A stretch of 62,117 nt of DNA from Gemmatimonadales bacterium (GCA_013694695.1 JACDBX010000111.1:1-62117), one strand, 5' to 3'. Numbered from the stretch's first letter, positions 36,674-45,892 are shown. Notes: a model not told the origin generated them from the letters alone. Numbers and translations: made by a program.

Positions 36674-36743
36674 CCTGCCGCACGTTACCTTCCGACCCAC
36701 GGGCGCGTCAAGGGGACCGCCGGCACGTTCATCGGGAGACAAC

Positions 36744-37049
36744 ATGCTTGACAGTGGTCCGCTGGCAGCGGTGGGTTGGCTGATATTCGTGCTGGGCCTG
36801 GGAATCATGGGTCTCGCCACGCTCTCCAAGGGTGCGCGGCTCAAGTCCCATGCGCGCCGGGCCGCGGATGCCCTCACCGGGTCGTCGCTGTGCCTTCTCG
36901 CCCTTGCACTGATCGTGACAGGCGCCGGACGCAACGTCACCTACGGCCTGCTCGGCGCCACCGTCCTCGCCATTTTTGCGAGCTGGTACATCGGGCGCCA
37001 TGCGCGCCAGATCGATCGTGCCACCAAGCGTGCGAAGGACAAGCGCTAG
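36744..37049 (+). CDS. hypothetical membrane protein (3 TM helices)
   Basis: 101 aa from ATG 36744, hydrophobic helices, basic C-terminus. No family recognised. Confidence 0.55.
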   Translation: MLDSGPLAAVGWLIFVLGLGIMGLATLSKGARLKSHARRAADALTGSSLCLLALALIVTGAGRNVTYGLLGATVLAIFASWYIGRHARQIDRATKRAKDKR

Positions 37050-37051
37050 GG

Positions 37052-38020
37052 TCAGATCTCCCAGTTTGACAACACCACGCCCTTCGACTGGTCGACCCCG
37101 GTGCCTGCGAGGGTGAGTCGGAGGTCGGTCCACTGCACCCGATACCCATCGGCGATCAGCGCCGCGTACAATTCGTGATGCGCTGTCTGGCAGCGCACCG
37201 TCAGGTGCCGGAGCGCCTGCGCCGCCGTCTCGCGCTCCAGCGCACCAACGACTTTGATGGCTGCGTCGAAATCGCGGGCAACCAGCTTCAGCAGTCGCAG
37301 TTCCTCGCGCGGACGACCCTGCACCAGTGGCACGGTGTGCCAGAGTCCGAAGCCGATCGCGCGCCCATCCGTGTCGCGAAGCACTGTCACGTCGCCCAGT
37401 CCGAGGCCAAGGGTCAGGTCCAGCTCCGCAGTGAAATCGACGCCAGCGCCGAGTTCACGGCTGAGGTGACCGCATTCACCGATCACCGCAGCGCGGCCCG
37501 GTTGGTCGAGCGCGCCAACTCGGGATGCATCGATCGCCAGCGCGCGTGGTCGGTCCCGCTGCAGGCTGACGGTGAGATGGCCGGGCAGGAAGCCGAGCCG
37601 TGAATAGAAGCCGATGTTGTCGATGGTGCGGGGCATCGTCTCCAGGCCAATGGTGCGTGCACCGTGCTGCTGCAGCCACTTCACCCCCGCCTCGACGATC
37701 TCCCGGCCGAGGCCCCCGCCCTGTCGATCGGTGCGCACGGCAAGCGGTCCCATCCACCCCTCGGTGCCGGCGAGGTGAACCATGTTGAATGCCACGACCT
37801 CGCCCCGGGCGTCGCGCCACACCATCGCGCCGTCCCCGGCATCGGCAATGGCGTAGCGCCAGATCGCCGGGTTCAGGTGGGGCACTCTCACGCCGCCGAG
37901 TCCGTCCTTGCGGTAGCGATCGGTGAACGCCTCCGAGAAGACCCGATTGAGTGCGTCCACATCGGCGTGGGTAGCGCGCTCCGGACCCGTCACTGCTCGA
38001 TCAGGCTGCCACATCGCCAT
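37052..38020 (-). CDS. GNAT family N-acetyltransferase (two-domain, Eis-like size)
   Basis: About 322 aa. Acetyl-CoA motif RQGGGLGREIVEAG. The start (ATG 38020 or 38014) overlaps the sbcC 3' end. Confidence 0.8.
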   Translation of the reverse strand: MAMWQPDRAVTGPERATHADVDALNRVFSEAFTDRYRKDGLGGVRVPHLNPAIWRYAIADAGDGAMVWRDARGEVVAFNMVHLAGTEGWMGPLAVRTDRQGGGLGREIVEAGVKWLQQHGARTIGLETMPRTIDNIGFYSRLGFLPGHLTVSLQRDRPRALAIDASRVGALDQPGRAAVIGECGHLSRELGAGVDFTAELDLTLGLGLGDVTVLRDTDGRAIGFGLWHTVPLVQGRPREELRLLKLVARDFDAAIKVVGALERETAAQALRHLTVRCQTAHHELYAALIADGYRVQWTDLRLTLAGTGVDQSKGVVLSNWEI

Positions 38021-40415
38021 GGTCCGGGGCCTCCTCGATCGCGGTGGTAACGGCGCGTGCGACATCATACGACATCCGGATCACCCGATCGAACACGTCC
38101 TGCATCCCTTCGACATGGGTGATGAGGATGACCTGGGGAAAACGGTCGGAGAGGCCGCGAAGGAGGTCGAGGACTCCAGCACGGCGCTCGTCGTCAAGCG
38201 AACCGAACACCTCGTCCAGCACCAGCAGGGACAGCGGGTGACCGGCGCGCTCGGCGATCATCTGGGAGATGGCGAGGCGCAGCGCCAGGTTGACGATGTC
38301 CTCCTCGCCGCCGGATATCACCGGCTTCGCCTCGCCGTCTTCCACGATGAGCGGGACGTAGTGTTCGTCAAGCTCGAGATCGGGGTAGCGACCCGCCGTG
38401 AGATCACTCAGGAGCGTCGAGGCATGCTCCTGAAGATCGGGACGCATCTGGAGCGTGAGCTCGGTGCGAAGGTCGCCGAAAGCGCGGTCGAGTTCGTGAT
38501 GGAGGTTGACCTGCGCGCCGAGGCGGAGTGCTGCCTCGGCCTTCGCCACGCGATCCGCGCGCCGGGCCAGGGCCGCACCGCGCAACCGCTCCGCGCCCTC
38601 GACATTTGCCGTGGAGCGGGCGAGTTCGACGCGCGTCGCAGCGAGTGCGGCCTCTCCTTCGCGCACCTGGCGCTCGATCGCCGCAAATGCTTCGGCGTTC
38701 CAATCGAGCGCAACAAGCCTCCCGTCGAGTGCAGCGAGTTCTGCCTCCACCTTGCTGGCCGTCACCTCGGCCGCCTCCGCCTCGGATGCGAGCGCCTGCG
38801 CCCGGGCAGCAAGTCCCACGGCTTGATCGCGCTCGAGACGCAGCGGCTCGAGCTGCGCGAGCTCGGTTCGAACCGCCTCGTGTCGCACCGCATCGTAGTT
38901 CGCCTCGGGACCGGTGAGCTGCGCCTCGAGCGCGCGAATCTCCTCGCCGAGCTCGCTGCGCTCAGCCTCCAGCGCGGTACGCTGCCGAAGCTGAGCCTGC
39001 GCCTGGCCCAGCGCCTCCGCGCGTCGGCGCAACTCGGTCTCGAGTTCCTCCCGCTCTGCGTCCAGCTGGCGCAGGTCCTCCGGCGTCGCCTTGAGCTGAT
39101 CGGCACGTTGACGGAGATAGGTGCCATCAACCTTCACCTCGTCGATCTGCCGGCCAAGGAGCTGGAGCAACGCCGTGAAGTCCTTGCCGAGCGGACGACC
39201 GCAGGTGGGACAGATGCCCTCCGGCCCACGCTCGTCGATGAGCGCGCGCTGTTCCTCCAGCTCGCGATATCGTTCGCGAAACGCCGCCAGCTTGGTGCGC
39301 ACCTCCTGATCGTCCTGGGTCCAGCGGGTGCGGCGCTCGGCACGCCTTCGCTCCAGTTCCTCGAAGACCACCCCCACTTCGGCGCGGCCCGCCGCGAGGG
39401 CGCCGACCTGCTCGTCGGTGGCCAGGAGCGAGATCTGCGGCTCCAGGTCCGCCAGCCGCTTTCGTACCTGGTCGCGGCGTGCCACCGCCCGGCTGTGCTG
39501 GGCATGCGCCGCAGCGGCCCGGTCGAGCGCGTCGCGTTCCGAAGCAAGTCCGTCCCACGAAACAAGCGCAGCAGCCAGTTCACTGATCCGGGACTGTGCA
39601 CGTGCGGCGGTGGCGAGTTCGCGGTCGATCGCCTGGAACGCACCCCGGGCGCGGGCAACCTTCCCCTCCACGATGCGCCGTTCGCCATCGAGTCCTTGCC
39701 ATGCAGTGCGTCGTTGCTGGGCAGTTGCCCACTGCGGTGCCTGCGTCGCCACCTCGGCAATCGCCGCTGCCTCCGCAGATTCCGCCGCCTCGCGGGCGTG
39801 ACGTGCGGCATCGAGCGCGGCCACGGCCGATGCCAGGTCGGCCTCGATCTGCACCGGGTCGGCGAGTCCCTGCTCGATCCCGGCGAGTTCGGCGCGAAGC
39901 TCGGAGCGTACCGCACGTACCCGGTCCTGTGCCTGTCGCAACCGCTCGTATCCCAGCACCCTGGACAGGAACTGCTGCCGCTCCATCGGAGTCATCGACG
40001 CCATCACCGCCAACTGCTTCTGCCCGGTGAAGTAGGTGTTGAAGAACTCGTCGCGCGACATCCCGAGCAACCCGGCGACACGTTCGGTGACGGCGTTGGT
40101 GCTGTTCGCGATCGAACGCCCGTCCTGGAAGAGCTCCGCCACAGTCATCGTGCGAACCAGTCGATACTGGTGCGGCCCAAGTGCAAACTCGAGCTCGACC
40201 TCGAAGCGCGCCCTGGTCGGGGCACCGCGACGGCGCATCGTCTCGCGGGTGCCCCTGGCCGCGGGCACACCGTAGAGGGCATACGCAATCGCCTCGAGCA
40301 CGGTGGTCTTTCCCGACCCGTTCGGACCCACGATGCCGGTGAGGCCGAGGCCGAACTCGAGCTCGGTGTACTCGTGCTGCCTGAAGTTGACGAGTTTCAG
40401 CCGGAGCAATTGCAT
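38001..40415 (-). CDS. sbcC: SbcC/Rad50-type SMC-like ATPase
   Basis: 804 aa. N-terminal Walker A GPNGSGKTT, long coiled coil with zinc hook CPTCGRPL, C-terminal signature and Walker B LLVLDEVF. Confidence 0.9.
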   Translation of the reverse strand: MQLLRLKLVNFRQHEYTELEFGLGLTGIVGPNGSGKTTVLEAIAYALYGVPAARGTRETMRRRGAPTRARFEVELEFALGPHQYRLVRTMTVAELFQDGRSIANSTNAVTERVAGLLGMSRDEFFNTYFTGQKQLAVMASMTPMERQQFLSRVLGYERLRQAQDRVRAVRSELRAELAGIEQGLADPVQIEADLASAVAALDAARHAREAAESAEAAAIAEVATQAPQWATAQQRRTAWQGLDGERRIVEGKVARARGAFQAIDRELATAARAQSRISELAAALVSWDGLASERDALDRAAAAHAQHSRAVARRDQVRKRLADLEPQISLLATDEQVGALAAGRAEVGVVFEELERRRAERRTRWTQDDQEVRTKLAAFRERYRELEEQRALIDERGPEGICPTCGRPLGKDFTALLQLLGRQIDEVKVDGTYLRQRADQLKATPEDLRQLDAEREELETELRRRAEALGQAQAQLRQRTALEAERSELGEEIRALEAQLTGPEANYDAVRHEAVRTELAQLEPLRLERDQAVGLAARAQALASEAEAAEVTASKVEAELAALDGRLVALDWNAEAFAAIERQVREGEAALAATRVELARSTANVEGAERLRGAALARRADRVAKAEAALRLGAQVNLHHELDRAFGDLRTELTLQMRPDLQEHASTLLSDLTAGRYPDLELDEHYVPLIVEDGEAKPVISGGEEDIVNLALRLAISQMIAERAGHPLSLLVLDEVFGSLDDERRAGVLDLLRGLSDRFPQVILITHVEGMQDVFDRVIRMSYDVARAVTTAIEEAPDHGDVAA

Positions 40416-41596
40416 CAGGACGCCTGGGTGTCCTGCTCGAGCGTCGTCATCAAGTCGGTGCCAACCCGGACGAAGGCCTCCCGATCAACCGACGCCGGCA
40501 ACGGACGCGCTGCGAGATGCGCGGCCACGATCTCGGGTAGCGTCTGTCGCGTGCCGGGTGCGCCGATCCCGACCACCCGGCCGGCTGCCTCGGGGCGACG
40601 AAGGTCAAGCTGAAAGTGCAGCGCACGCGCCTTCCAGTTGCGGATCTCGGCGTGATCGAGTTCGCGCGCCATGGTCCGCGGCACGTTGATCACCACCTGT
40701 CGCACCACGGCGTCGTCGATTGCACCGGGCACCGACTCGACCGCCTCCTCGAGCATCCGGTCGAGCTCGGCCGACGCGAAGTCGCCGGCGTCGATCGTCC
40801 GCAGGTCGATCACCCGTCGCGGTGGCTCGATGAAGTGCGGAGTCACGGTCCCGGACGCGAGATCGGCCAGCAACCAGCCCTTGCCGGGGATCGCCCGCTC
40901 CCGCTCCTCGCGCAACTCACCCCAGGGATTCGGGCTCACGTAGTCGAGGGCACCCGCGTACCAGATGCGCTCCCGCACCTGGTGCTGCACGTGGTAATGA
41001 CCGAGCGCGACATAACTCCAATCCCCGCCGGTCAGCTCCTCGGTGGAAAGGAATGCACCACCCGGCTCAGCGCCGCCCCGATCAGGCCCGAACAGTCCCG
41101 GGGTTTCCCCGTGCAGCACGAGTACCTGGTGCGGTGCCTGGCCCGCCGGCTCGAAGGCCAGCCGCGGCTCGCGGAACAGCGCCTGATGCGGCACGGCGAG
41201 AACGCTCAGGCCGCGCTCGGGGAAGTCGAGCCTCCGCGCGTCATCATGCACGACATGGATCCCGAGCTCGTGGAAGAGACCGAAGATCGACACCGTGTCG
41301 GTGGAGCGTGGAGTGTCATGGTTCCCTGCGATCGCGATCACCGGTACGCCGGGCAACCGGTCGACGAGGCGTGCCAACTGGCGGAAGGCAAAGAGGATTG
41401 CAGAGTTCGTGGGGCGGACGGAATGGAAGATGTCGCCCGCGACGATCACGACATCGGGCGCGCTCGCGATGACGCCGTCGATCGCGCGCCCGAAGGCCGT
41501 TGCCACGTCCGCCTCACGTTGGTTGAGCCCGCGCGACGTGAGCCGGGTGTACTGGCGGAACCCCAGGTGGGGGTCGGCGACATGTGCGATGCGCAT
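40415..41596 (-). CDS. sbcD: SbcD/Mre11-type nuclease
   Basis: 393 aa from ATG 41596. Calcineurin-like phosphoesterase motifs (HVADPHLG, AGDIFH, GNHD, LHG, GHYH). Its stop overlaps the sbcC ATG. Confidence 0.92.
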   Translation of the reverse strand: MRIAHVADPHLGFRQYTRLTSRGLNQREADVATAFGRAIDGVIASAPDVVIVAGDIFHSVRPTNSAILFAFRQLARLVDRLPGVPVIAIAGNHDTPRSTDTVSIFGLFHELGIHVVHDDARRLDFPERGLSVLAVPHQALFREPRLAFEPAGQAPHQVLVLHGETPGLFGPDRGGAEPGGAFLSTEELTGGDWSYVALGHYHVQHQVRERIWYAGALDYVSPNPWGELREERERAIPGKGWLLADLASGTVTPHFIEPPRRVIDLRTIDAGDFASAELDRMLEEAVESVPGAIDDAVVRQVVINVPRTMARELDHAEIRNWKARALHFQLDLRRPEAAGRVVGIGAPGTRQTLPEIVAAHLAARPLPASVDREAFVRVGTDLMTTLEQDTQAS

Positions 41597-41600
41597 CGCT

Positions 41601-43535
41601 TCAATATGGCGCGAAAGGATCGTCGTCGTCGCTTGCGAGTGGCGCGATGCCGCGCCGCGGCTCGGGTGATTCCGACGGGATTGTCCGCCGGACCCAGGCC
41701 CGGAAGAAGGCAAACGGGTCATCGGGTCGGCGCCGGACGGTTGCCGACAACGCCCGGCGCACCTCGGCCTCAGGCCGGCCATCGATCACGGCACGCACCT
41801 GGTCGGCGATGATGCCGGGCGTGAGGGCGCGGAGGCGCTGCACCACCGCTTCGGCGAACGGGAGGTCCGGCGACGGGGGAAAGCGCTCGACCCCCTCGCG
41901 ACCAGAGAGCGCCGCCGGTCGGGGAAACCGCACGAAGACCGGCTGCGTGAAGTGGGGATGGCGGAGCAGCAACTCACCCTTGGGCAGTGCGGCCAGCTTG
42001 GCCTTCACCGCCGGCGAAAGGGTAGAGTACGCCGGCAATGCCAGCTCATCAGTGTCCATCCGTCCATAGATGGTCGTGCCCGCATTGCCCGTCACCCGCC
42101 GGATCACCTGCGACCGGAACTGTTGCGCCGAAAAGAGGACCAGGCCGAGATATCGTCCACGCTCGGAGAGATCGAGCAGCATCTTGCGGACGTAGGTGTC
42201 GGGACCGTCGGCCGGCGCGTATTTGTTGAGCTCGTCGACGAACACCACCACATGATCAACGCCAAGATCGCGCCGCTCGAGGTGCTCACGGAGTCGTGAG
42301 ATGACCCGGGCAAAGACCAGGTCCTGGGCGAGCGGATCGACACCGGCGACGTCGATCACGGTGAGCGATCGATCGCGAAACGCCCCCCACGGCAGGTCAT
42401 TGGCCACGCCGTCATCGGTCACCAGCCCCTTTGATCGGGTAGCGATGTTTCCGAGTCGATTGCGGATCTTGCGGATCGTCGCAACGTGGTGAGTGCGCCA
42501 GACCTCACCTCCCCGGGAAGTCTCGAGGTGATCGAAGATCGCGCGGAAGAATTCCTCGAGGTCGGCGAAACTCAGGACCTCGAACGGCGCGCCTCGCAGC
42601 TCCAGCGCCTCGAACTGCCGTCCCACCACCCGCTCGGCGAGGAAGTCGATGAGCGCATCGGCCTTCGCGTCCACGTCGTCGCGGTTGAGCACCACCTCGG
42701 CGTAGTCAAGAATTTCGCGCAGGCCCCAGACGAGGGGCTGCACCGTGTCCGCGAGTGCGGCGTTGCTCCGCAGCGTGTTGAGGTTGACCCCGTCGGCCTT
42801 GAAGGGGGCGTAGAGCGTCATGTCGGGAAACGGAGCGGGTTCGAGCCCGAGCCGGCGCCACAGCGCGAGGTCTGCGTCGCCGAGTGGTGCAGGCTGGTCG
42901 AGAAAGCAGAGGTCGGGGCCCTTCACGTTGAAGCAGACCGCGGCAACGCTGCCCTTTTCTGCCGGGAACGTCTGGAAGATGCTGCTCAGCATGAACGTCA
43001 CCGCGCTCGTCTTCGTGGCGAGCCCCGACACCCCCGTGATGTTCAGGTGTGCTGCTTCGGGGCCCAGCAGGAAGTCGGCGTCGAGGAACACCGGCGCCGA
43101 CAGTCCGCCGGCGGCGTACACCCCGATCGGCAGACCCGTCGACTTGTCCGGTTGCATGTACGCATCCATCCGCAACGCGACGCGCACGTCGGCGTCGCTC
43201 GCCGCGGCCACGCCGCCAAACGGAACGGGCTGCAATGGTTCCTCGGGGAGCTGCCGGAGCACGGCCGCGGTCCAGAGCCGGATCTCCGGCCGCGAGGTCG
43301 GCGCGTCGTCCTCGCGACCCGGATCGCCATCCGCGCCGATCACCGCGTCGAGAGGGCGGGCGAGGTCGGAGTATGCAAACGCCTCGGTCACCACGCCATA
43401 CACCACGCGCTCGTCGCCGTCGACCCGGACGATCGACCCGATTCCCAACGGCGCGTGCGGCGCCGTCCAGAACGAGAACTGATGTGGTGTGCTCGGGCGC
43501 AATTCGGTCGCGACCACACGTCCGAGGAGTGTCAT
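41601..43535 (-). CDS. herA: HerA-like FtsK/HerA-superfamily ATPase (DUF87)
   Basis: 644 aa. N-terminal HAS-barrel-like region, P-loop NITGVSGLATKTS, Walker B VVVFVDELNKY. ATGA overlap with the nurA stop. It ends 4 nt before sbcD. Confidence 0.82.
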   Translation of the reverse strand: MTLLGRVVATELRPSTPHQFSFWTAPHAPLGIGSIVRVDGDERVVYGVVTEAFAYSDLARPLDAVIGADGDPGREDDAPTSRPEIRLWTAAVLRQLPEEPLQPVPFGGVAAASDADVRVALRMDAYMQPDKSTGLPIGVYAAGGLSAPVFLDADFLLGPEAAHLNITGVSGLATKTSAVTFMLSSIFQTFPAEKGSVAAVCFNVKGPDLCFLDQPAPLGDADLALWRRLGLEPAPFPDMTLYAPFKADGVNLNTLRSNAALADTVQPLVWGLREILDYAEVVLNRDDVDAKADALIDFLAERVVGRQFEALELRGAPFEVLSFADLEEFFRAIFDHLETSRGGEVWRTHHVATIRKIRNRLGNIATRSKGLVTDDGVANDLPWGAFRDRSLTVIDVAGVDPLAQDLVFARVISRLREHLERRDLGVDHVVVFVDELNKYAPADGPDTYVRKMLLDLSERGRYLGLVLFSAQQFRSQVIRRVTGNAGTTIYGRMDTDELALPAYSTLSPAVKAKLAALPKGELLLRHPHFTQPVFVRFPRPAALSGREGVERFPPSPDLPFAEAVVQRLRALTPGIIADQVRAVIDGRPEAEVRRALSATVRRRPDDPFAFFRAWVRRTIPSESPEPRRGIAPLASDDDDPFAPY

Positions 43536-44461
43536 GTCGCCGCGCCTCGGACGCGGAGGTAGCGATCCACGTCATGAATGCCATATAGCAGGCGGTCGCT
43601 GCGCGGCCCGGTTGCGAGCGGGGACCGTTCGGCGAGAAGCCGGCGGGAGAGCAGGTCGGCGCCACCGGCATCGGCGTTACCGGCAGCGACCTCGACCCGC
43701 ACCAGACCGTGGAAGAGATCGTGTCCCTCCCACGCGCGCAGTCGCAGTCCCCATGCGTGAAGCGGTGGGCGCCCACCGCCGCTGACAACGAAGACCGAGC
43801 TGCGATGGCCCGCTGGAATGGTGAGATACGTGTCCAGGTCCGTGCCCTCGAATGGCAGCGCACCGTGTGACTTCACCACACCCACCATGCGCCGGTCGGT
43901 GGCCCACTCGGGTGACACCGCGAGGGTCCCGTCGGCGATGAGCCAGTTGTCGCGGCCGGTGCGGTAGCTCCGTGACACCTCGACCTCCAGCGCGGCCCGG
44001 GCGCGGTCAATGGCCGCGTGCGCGCGGTCGAGGTCGTGCAGCGGATGGGGCGGGACGCTTGCGTCGAGGGCGATGCAGTCGTGCCCGGTGATCGTGGTCG
44101 CGAGCCGGTCGAGCACGTGCGGCCGCGCCACGACCACCCGCCTCGACAACTCCTCCCTGACCTGCAAGCGGCGGCCAGAACGCTCTCGAACGGCGGCCCG
44201 CACGACCGCCGCGACGAGCGGATCGGTGCCGACGTGACCGACCAGCTCCACGTGCTGCGAGCCGTCGAGGAACGCGACGTCGGAGTTCCACGCTTCGGGT
44301 TCACCGACGCACACGTGCCGCAACGGTGGCTCCAGCACGTCCGCGCTCCCGGTTTCGCGTCCCGGTCCGGCACGGGTGAGCTCGCCCCAGGGCGTCGTCG
44401 CGGGATTGGCGCCCGCGGCGGCCAGGTCGCGTCGCAGCCCGTCGAACGGTGAAGCGGGCAT
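43532..44461 (-). CDS. nurA: NurA-like 5'-3' nuclease
   Basis: 309 aa. NurA hallmarks AFLDGSQ, LIADGTL, GVVKSH. Confidence 0.78.
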   Translation of the reverse strand: MPASPFDGLRRDLAAAGANPATTPWGELTRAGPGRETGSADVLEPPLRHVCVGEPEAWNSDVAFLDGSQHVELVGHVGTDPLVAAVVRAAVRERSGRRLQVREELSRRVVVARPHVLDRLATTITGHDCIALDASVPPHPLHDLDRAHAAIDRARAALEVEVSRSYRTGRDNWLIADGTLAVSPEWATDRRMVGVVKSHGALPFEGTDLDTYLTIPAGHRSSVFVVSGGGRPPLHAWGLRLRAWEGHDLFHGLVRVEVAAGNADAGGADLLSRRLLAERSPLATGPRSDRLLYGIHDVDRYLRVRGAAT

Positions 44462-44465
44462 TGCT

Positions 44466-45680
44466 TCAGCCCTTTGTGTTCGGTTCGGCCAGCCGGGCGA
44501 TGAAGTGCATCAACCGGTCGGTTGCCGTCTCGAGTTCCCGATCAGAGACCGAGTACGAAAGACGTACCCACCGATCGTCGCCGAACGCCGAGCCGGGGAC
44601 GAGCGCCACACCCTCTTGCGCCATCAGCAGTTCGCAGAACTTCGCGCCGCCGATTTCGCGACCGGGCGCGATGCCATCGACGCGGAAGAAGAGGTAGAAG
44701 GCGCCGTGCGGTTCGACGAACTCGACGCCGGGCGCCTGGTCCTGGAATCGTGCGACGAGGTAATCACGGCGACGCCGGAAGGCCCCGACCATGCGTTCGA
44801 CATCGGCATCGACCTCCGGGCTCTCGAACGCAGCCGCAGCGGCCCACATCGCGGGATGGTTCGCACCCGTCGTGGTGTGCGTCTGCAGCGCAGCCATGGC
44901 CCGCCCGACTTCCAGAGGGGCATATGCCGCACCGATTCGCCACCCGGTCATGGCGTATGCCTTGGACGCGCCGTAGATCACGACGCTGCGTTCGAGGGCT
45001 GCGTCGTCGAGGTCGAACATCGAGGGGGCCGGCCCGGGGCCGTAATGGATCCTCCGGTAGATCTCGTCGCTGATCACCCACACGTCGTGCTCGGCCGCCC
45101 AGGCTGCGATGGCGCGCAACTCCGCAGTGGTGTAAACCGTGCCGGTGGGGTTGCACGGTGAGCAGAGGATGATCCCGCGCGTGCTGTCGTCGCGGTGCCG
45201 CTCGAGATCAGCCACGCTCACCTTGAGACCCCATTCTGCCGCACCGGGAACCATCACAGGCCGCGCGCGGCAGAGGTGCACGATCTGGGGGTAGGAAACC
45301 CACGCCGGAGAGGGTATCAGGACGGAGTTGCCCGGCCCGAAAAGGGTGAAGCACGCGTTGAACAGCGACTGTTTCGAACCGTTGCTGACCACGATTCGTT
45401 CGGCGTCCACGACCCGCCCGCCACTCATCCGGGACAACGCGCCCGCCATCGCGTTGCGGAGGGGGGCGATGCCCACATTCGGTGCGTAACGGGTGCAACC
45501 ACGCTGGATGGCATCGATGCCCGCCGCGCTGGCCACGGCAGGGGTGTCGAAATCCGGCTCGCCCACGCCGAGATCGAGGACATCCTCGCCGGCCGCCTTG
45601 CGGCGCTTCGCCTCGGTGCTGATGGCAACCGTCTCCGATGCCTTCAGGTGTTCGAGGTTGGGCGAGCGGCGGAAGGTCAT
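44466..45680 (-). CDS. pyridoxal-phosphate-dependent aminotransferase, class I (aspartate aminotransferase-like)
   Basis: 404 aa. GEPDFDTP, SNGSKQ, PCNPTG, PLP-lysine region YGASKAYAMTGWRIG. Confidence 0.93.
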   Translation of the reverse strand: MTFRRSPNLEHLKASETVAISTEAKRRKAAGEDVLDLGVGEPDFDTPAVASAAGIDAIQRGCTRYAPNVGIAPLRNAMAGALSRMSGGRVVDAERIVVSNGSKQSLFNACFTLFGPGNSVLIPSPAWVSYPQIVHLCRARPVMVPGAAEWGLKVSVADLERHRDDSTRGIILCSPCNPTGTVYTTAELRAIAAWAAEHDVWVISDEIYRRIHYGPGPAPSMFDLDDAALERSVVIYGASKAYAMTGWRIGAAYAPLEVGRAMAALQTHTTTGANHPAMWAAAAAFESPEVDADVERMVGAFRRRRDYLVARFQDQAPGVEFVEPHGAFYLFFRVDGIAPGREIGGAKFCELLMAQEGVALVPGSAFGDDRWVRLSYSVSDRELETATDRLMHFIARLAEPNTKG

Positions 45681-45824
45681 GGGACAGTTCCCGATGGAGT
45701 GGTCGAAGGTGACAAACCGTCAGCACCGGTGACGGCGTCCGGAAAGGTTTGCCGCTCGCATCGCTGAGTCAACGCCCAGTCGCGGGTGAAGGCACTCCGC
45801 GACACCGCACTGGGTTGGCTGCAG

Positions 45825-45867
45825 GCCGCGCGCGCGGCTACCTTGCGCGCCCCGCGGCGGTTTTTTT
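45825..45867 (+). terminator. intrinsic terminator-like GC hairpin plus T7 tract with no annotated upstream plus-strand gene
   Basis: GCCGCG(45825-45830)/CGCGGC(45853-45858) outer stem plus a 5-bp GCGC inner stem, followed by GG and TTTTTTT (45861-45867). It lies 26 nt upstream of the GTG at 45893. Confidence 0.6.
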
Positions 45868-45892
45868 CGTCGCCTTGACAATCGAGGGACCC

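Noticed and set aside
36674-36940. Upstream part of the 117-aa minus-strand track ORF
   Set aside because: It overlaps the plus-strand membrane protein gene (36744-37049) and reads as low-complexity sequence. Only the last 28 codons (from ATG 36673) are interpreted as a leader peptide.
37923-40613. 896-aa plus-strand ORF
   Set aside because: It is antisense to sbcC/sbcD. It mirrors the coiled-coil codon periodicity and has no P-loop or other motifs.
45875-45880. Perfect TTGACA hexamer just upstream of the helicase-like gene, considered as a -35 box
   Set aside because: No acceptable -10 lies at 16-18 bp spacing (GGAATT at best). A promoter here would start transcription downstream of the only plausible start codon (GTG 45893, upstream of the Q-motif-like region).
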